A stretch of DNA of 64,000 bases. It comes from Macrostomum lignano (Eukaryota). The stretch covers positions 124,001-188,000 of the forward strand of contig NIVC01000423.1 in NCBI GenBank assembly GCA_002269645.1. Direction: 5' to 3'. The notes beneath the pieces were generated by a model. That model was not told the DNA's origin, searched no databases, and saw nothing but the letters and a program-made list of their open reading frames with translations. Position numbers and translations under genes: made by a program. Below are positions 58,750-64,000 of this stretch, piece by piece. Each line of letters opens with the position of its first letter. Position 1 is the stretch's first letter.

Positions 58750-59525
58750 CGCTTCAAGAGACAGGGCCAGGGGCGCTTAATACCTAAGAGACAGGGGCGC
58801 TCAATACCTAAGAGACAGGGGCGCTCAATACCTAAGAGACAGGGGCGCTCAATACCTAAGAGACAGGGGTGCTCAATACCTAAGAGACAGGGGCATCCAC
58901 TACCTAAGAGACAGGGGTGCCCACTACATAAGAGACAGGGGTGCCCACTACCTAAGAGACAGGGGCATCCACTACCTAAGAGACAGGGGTGCCCACTACC
59001 TAAGAGACAGGGGCATCCACTACCTAAGAGACAGGGGCATCCACTACCTAAGAGACAGGGGTGCCCACTACCTAAGAGACAGGGGCATCCACTACCTAAG
59101 AGACAGGGGCATCCACTACCTAAGAGACAGGGGCGCCCACTACCTAAGAGACAGGGGCGTCCACTACCTAAGAGACAGGGGCGCCCACTACCTAAGAGAC
59201 AGGGGCATCCACTACCTAAGAGACAGGGGCGCCCACTACCTAAGAGACAGGAGCATCCACTACCTAAGAGACAGGGGCGCCCACTACCTAAGAGACAGAG
59301 ACGCCCACTACCTAAGAGACAGGGGTGCCCACTACCTAAGAGACAGAGACGCCCACTACCTAAGAGACAGGGGCGCCCACTACCTAAGAGACAGAGACGC
59401 CCACTACCTAAGAGACAGGGGTGCCCACTACCTAAGAGACAGAGACGCCCACTACCTAAGAGACAGGGGCGCCCACTACCTAAGAGACAGAGACGCCCAC
59501 TACCTAAGAGACAGGGGCGCCACTG
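58750..59525. repeat. 24-bp minisatellite (ctacctaagagacaggggcgccca)
   Basis: About 32 units with a gradient of variants. Confidence 0.97.
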
Positions 59526-59603
59526 CCTACGAGACGAGCGCCCTTGAAAGAGAATCATATTTTAAAAAATCGTGTATTTTAATTTAAACTTTTTCAGCAT
59601 CGA

Positions 59604-60176
59604 ATGTCCACCTCGTCGCATCAAATACTTGTAGAGCCCTCTTGCCGGCAGCTTAGGATGTTAATTCAACGCCATCTGGCCAAAGGATGTCGATGCTGTT
59701 TGCACGTTGTTGCAGTCTCTGCTCCTAGTAGCAGTAACATTGTTAGTCGAACCATTCCTTTGTGCTCGAATCCCGACGATTCATGCCTATCGGAGTCTTC
59801 AGCAGCATCGGACAAGTGCTTACCAATGTCTGCTAGCGATCTCAGCATCCTGGATGAAGCTGCAGTCAAAACAAGCGATGATGACAACAATTTTGATGAC
59901 GATTGCGAAGCTGCTGGTTTATTAAATTTATTGTCGCTGTCAAAGTTGACAGACAATAATTGTGATGAGTTTGTTAATAATGATGGTTCGGCAAGCGCTG
60001 GTCGAGCTTCGAGTACACCTGTACCGCCAGGCGCTTCTCCCTGTGCTGCTGAGCCCGAGCTTGAACTGTCTATGGCCGAACCGTTGAACTCGGCTACTGG
60101 GCAGGATTCACTGATGGAGAGCGTGCCAAACCGATCTCTGCTGTGCAAGTACAGGCTGTACTGTTCTCGGCGTTGA
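59604..60176 (+). CDS. Possible N-terminal coding exon (Ser/Asp-rich), perhaps of the downstream phosphatase
   Basis: Acceptor-like ttttttcag 6 nt before the ATG and a 190-aa non-repetitive ORF; no recognised domain and the donor is unclear. Confidence 0.35.
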   Translation: MSTSSHQILVEPSCRQLRMLIQRHLAKGCRCCLHVVAVSAPSSSNIVSRTIPLCSNPDDSCLSESSAASDKCLPMSASDLSILDEAAVKTSDDDNNFDDDCEAAGLLNLLSLSKLTDNNCDEFVNNDGSASAGRASSTPVPPGASPCAAEPELELSMAEPLNSATGQDSLMESVPNRSLLCKYRLYCSRR

Positions 60177-60471
60177 TGGAGTTATTCATTTCCGTACCTT
60201 TTGTTTTGTTCAAAAATTTTGCTTTCTCTTTTGGTATTCATTTTTACAAACTGCTCGTCTGTTTCTGCCTGCACAGCCAACCTGACCGTTGAAAGCTTTA
60301 CCGGGACAAGAATTGCTATAGTGTCATTGCAAAGAACTCTCGGGCGATTCTTGTGACTTTTTAACGACTCAAACGACTGCAATACATGTACGACTGAGAG
60401 GCGACTGTAACGTGAACTCTTAACGTGCGTTGTAGAATCGTAAGAGTTGCGAAAAAGTCGTCTAGCAGAGA

Positions 60472-60843
60472 GTCGTTGTGTTAGCGCTTGGATTTCTACT
60501 AACTCAAGTAGACTGAATAGAGTTGTTAAAAATGCAAAATGCGATCCTGATTTATGAAGTGACCCAGGTGCACTTTAGATGCAACTCAGTGATTCTGCAG
60601 CGACTCTGGCACGCCTTGGATACGACTCTGCGGCCCAAGAGTCATTTAGAAGTCCGCAAACAATAAGACGCCCCAAATTGACTCTTAGGACAACTAATTG
60701 ACGACTTTTTGGCGACTCCTACCTAGAGTCGCCTAGAGTCACTTATCCTATTTTACCTGTGTTACCTGCAACAACTTTGAAACAAAGCTGGGGCAACGCA
60801 AGTGACTCTAGAATGCTTCTTGGTTTAAGTACCATTTTCATCG
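60472..60843. repeat. Second copy of the dispersed repeat seen in ALT1 intron 1
   Basis: Similarity to 38362-38700. Confidence 0.7.
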
Positions 60844-61589
60844 GGCTAACTACCTTCCTGCCTTCCTACATGCTTACGAGTACCTGTCTATCAGAATACC
60901 TAGTCTACATATCATATGCATGAATGTACTAATTTTTAGTATATAGGATTACACCTTATATCGTATGAAATTCTATGATTTAAGTCTAATGGTTTACTGC
61001 AAATATCACGCATTTCGAAGTATTTTTTGTTAAGTCCGTTTTTTTAATTATTTACCCCGTGGGTATTTGCATGTACCGTTTTTGTGTTGAATCGTTGTTT
61101 TTATCTTACTATTAGTAGTTGCATTATTGCAGAGCACAAGGTTAATATTGGTGTAATTTGATTAAACTACTCGTAGATACATTTTTTCCAGCATTTTTAC
61201 TCTTATTCTTATTTATTTACTGATATCGAGTTCGTGTATAAATGCGTGTATTTTTCTCTGTGTTCGCACTTCGTCACACTAAAATGTATATAGAGTTTAA
61301 CTATTGCGCTTTTACATTTTATTCGTGTTTCCATGTAGTAGCTGAATGGTAGCTCGTAAATCACCTGACCTACAGTATGTTTTTTATTACTATTCACTGG
61401 CGGCTTGAGTATTGCTTCAAAAAACGTTACATTGAAGCTATAATGCTGTGCTTTATTTCTATGAGCTGGTAGCTGATCACCGAAGCTGTGAAAACATCCT
61501 TGCGTTTGAGTAATTTATTCAATATTTTGATTATCGTACGCTAGCTTTTTCTGCTTAGAACGAATTTGTATAGACAGCTGCATAACTAC

Positions 61590-62035
61590 ACTAGAAAGCC
61601 ACCTCACTCCACTAGACACCCACTCTACTCCTCGAAACACCCACCTCCACTCCTCGAAACACCCACCCCCACTCCGCTAGACACCCACCCTACTCCTATA
61701 AACACTCACCCCACTCCACTAGACATCCACTCCACTCCTCGAAACACCCACCCCACTCCACTAGACACCCACTCCACTCCTCGAAACACCCACCCACTCC
61801 GCTAGACACCCACCTCTTTCCTCGAAACAGCCACCCCACTTCGCTAGACACCCACCTCTCTCCTTGAAACACCCACCCACTTCGCTAGACACCCACCTCT
61901 CTCCTCGAAACACACCCACCCCACTCCGCTAGACACCCACCTCACTCCTCTAAAAACCCACCCCACTCCGCTAGACACCAACCTCACTCCTCGAAACACC
62001 CATCCCACTTCGCTAGACACCCACCTCTCTACAGT
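61590..62035. repeat. C-rich ~23-bp minisatellite (ccactccgctagacacccacc) upstream of the phosphatase exon
   Basis: Direct reading. Confidence 0.92.
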
Positions 62036-62133
62036 AGACACCCTTGCCATTACGCCAGCCAGTTAAAACAATTTGTACTACCTCACATCAAGCCATAACA
62101 CTATGCAGCTGACTAACCTACAAATTCATTCAG

Positions 62134-62779
62134 TTTTGGCGACAATTTGTGGTGCTCGACGAATACGTCGCTGCGTTGCGACTGTCGCCTGCTTGTCGAT
62201 CGGGTCGGTGATTCTGCTCTACCTGGCTGCTCAGCCTTGGTGGCCAAGTTTTCCCCTGCTCAATGAAAGTGCTAGGCATTTGAACAAGTCACCCGCTAAT
62301 GCGCAGTCTTCATCCACCTCTCGTCGCCTTGGCAACGACGACACCCAGCAGCTGCTGTCGGAGGCCGCTCGCTATTGCAACTCGCCGGTGCACACTGGCC
62401 GTTGGCATCGACAAGAACTCGACCGTCTTGCGTCGTCTAATGTTGCTGGCCATCGAGTCCGAGCATTGCTGGTTGTGTTCCGACACGGCGATCGAATGCC
62501 GCTGACCCGTCTGGACGATTCCTCGTTTGTGCCGACTGTTCTACGAAACGTCTATCATCGACGATCGTGCCGACTGGCAGAGGTGACCTCAGCGCCCGAA
62601 TGGCTGCGAGCCAAACTAGATTGGTCAACGCGTCAGATGTTGGACCGGCTGCCCAAGCTGACTCAATCTGTGCCGCGGCTGCTGGCGGGGATTCCTTTGC
62701 CACGAGGACTTCTAGACGATTTTATGAGGAAGCCGACGTGTGCCAGTCGGGTCACCTGACTCCTATTGGTCTGGTGCAG
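62134..62779 (+). CDS. Histidine acid phosphatase (clade 2, PXYLP1-like), exon with membrane anchor and RHGDRMP; frameshift near 62700-62740
   Basis: Hydrophobic anchor CVATVACLSIGSVILLYL; RHGxRxP motif; CQSGHLTPIGLVQ in a shifted frame; branch-like gactaac at 62111, acceptor cattcag, donor gtaatt. Confidence 0.8.
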
Positions 62780-62919
62780 GTAATTAATGGAAATTTATAT
62801 TGCTGCCGATAGTTAAGTTGCCATATAAAATCCCTGATTGTCCCCTTTTGCGCTGTCCATTCAATACCTAGCTTATCGCCTACCTCCATCTAATTAGCAT
62901 ACTTCAATCCGTAATAGGC

Positions 62920-63440
62920 ATCCACGACCCGCCTCACTCCGCCCAGCACCCACCTCACTCCGGCCAGCACCCACCTCACTCCGCTAGACACCCACCTCAC
63001 TCCGCCAAGCACCCACCCCACTCCGCCCAGCACCCACCTCACTCCGCCTAGCACCCACCCCACTCCGGCCAGCACCCACCTCACTCCGCCTAGCACCCAC
63101 CCCACTCCGCCCAGCACCCACCTCACTCCGCTAGACACCCACCTCACTCCGCCTAGCACCCACCTCACTCCGCTAGACACCCACCTCACTCCGCTAGACA
63201 CCCACCTCACTCCGCCCAGCACCCACCCCACTCCGCCCAGCACCCACCCTACTCCGCCCAGCACCCACCTCACTCCGCCTAGCACCCACCTCACTCCGCT
63301 AGACACCCACCCCACTCCGCTAGACACCCACCTCACTCCGCCCAGCACCCACCCCACTCCGCCCAGCACCCACCCTACTCCGCCCAGCACCCACCTCACT
63401 CCGCTAGACACCCACCTCACTCCGCCTAGCACCCAACTCA
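62920..63440. repeat. Second array of the same C-rich minisatellite, downstream of the phosphatase exon
   Basis: Same unit and orientation as 61590-62035. Confidence 0.92.
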
Positions 63441-63452
63441 CTCTATCTTCAG

Positions 63453-63804
63453 GCTTACGAGCTTGGCCGCGCGATACGCCGGGCCTACTACATTCCTCAT
63501 AAAACCAGAGGTCCTCTCGAATATCCATGCCCGGAGTAGCGCCTCCCCGAGAACTCTCAGCACCCTAAGCGGCGTTCTTTACGGCTTCTACGTCAACAGC
63601 GAAGGCGACGGCGACGGCACTCTGTAGACAGCGACGGCGAAGGCCAAGCCGCCCGCCAGCCGGTGGAAGTTTCCGCGATTTTCGACTGTGCCCAGACCGG
63701 GCGAATGCCCGCCTGCCCCCTGCTGCCCCGGCTGACCCGTAGGATTAGCGGCGGCGCTGGCGGCTGAGGGAGCGGCACTATGAGCAGCTTGTGGACGCTT
63801 ACCG
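63453..63804 (+). CDS. Next phosphatase exon, with multiple 1-nt frameshifts
   Basis: AYELGRAIRRAY, then SPRTLSTLSGVLYGF and AIFDC...ACP in shifted frames; acceptor tatcttcag, donor gtgagg at 63805. Confidence 0.6.
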
Positions 63805-63839
63805 GTGAGGCCTATTGCGGGCTTGCGGGGTAGGTTGAT

Positions 63840-64000
63840 GAGAAGTAGGTATGTAGAGTCACGTAGAGTTTGAGTAGAGTAGATTGGAGTTGAGTCGAGT
63901 AGGCTTTAGAGTTGAGTAGAGTAGATAGGAATTGAGAAAAGTTGGTTGGAGTTGAGTAGAGTAGAATGGAGTTGAGTAGAGTAGATTGGAGTTGAGTAGA
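63840..64000. repeat. Purine-rich repeat (gagttgagtagagtagattg-type), truncated by the window end
   Basis: Direct reading. Confidence 0.85.

Overview
Eukaryotic (metazoan) genomic DNA that is very rich in minisatellites: about 12 kb, roughly a fifth of the window, lies in about 16 arrays, most with 18-41 bp units. This architecture and the gene content resemble a free-living flatworm such as Macrostomum (inference only). Genes, all on +: a 5-exon prospero/PROX homeobox gene (4595-18224, about 844 aa); two tandem alanine aminotransferase (ALT/GPT) paralogs (37449-41134 and 52488-58139); and part of a histidine acid phosphatase of PXYLP1 type (62134 to the window end, several 1-nt frameshifts). 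Mobile elements: two related Ty3/gypsy LTR retrotransposons on the minus strand (A, 28315-36053, lacking RT/RNase H; B, 41275-51023, near intact with near-identical LTRs), a 1.5 kb mini LTR element (21435-22942), a nested Merlin-like MITE pair forming a 760 bp palindrome (23826-24587), hAT-like elements and a tRNA-derived SINE. Most notable: (1) a long Pol C-terminal extension after integrase carrying a conserved SUMO-interacting-like motif, TQT/LC8-like motifs and a helical domain; (2) both gypsy elements sit head-to-head about 1.4 kb upstream of an ALT paralog; (3) an LTR 72-bp enhancer repeat with MEF2, CRE and AP-1 sites; (4) exon-bounded gene-conversion tracts between otherwise diverged ALT paralogs; (5) introns almost wholly filled by minisatellites, with two exons sandwiched between same-family arrays. 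Splice structures are inferred from GT/AG sites and protein homology recalled without a database search.
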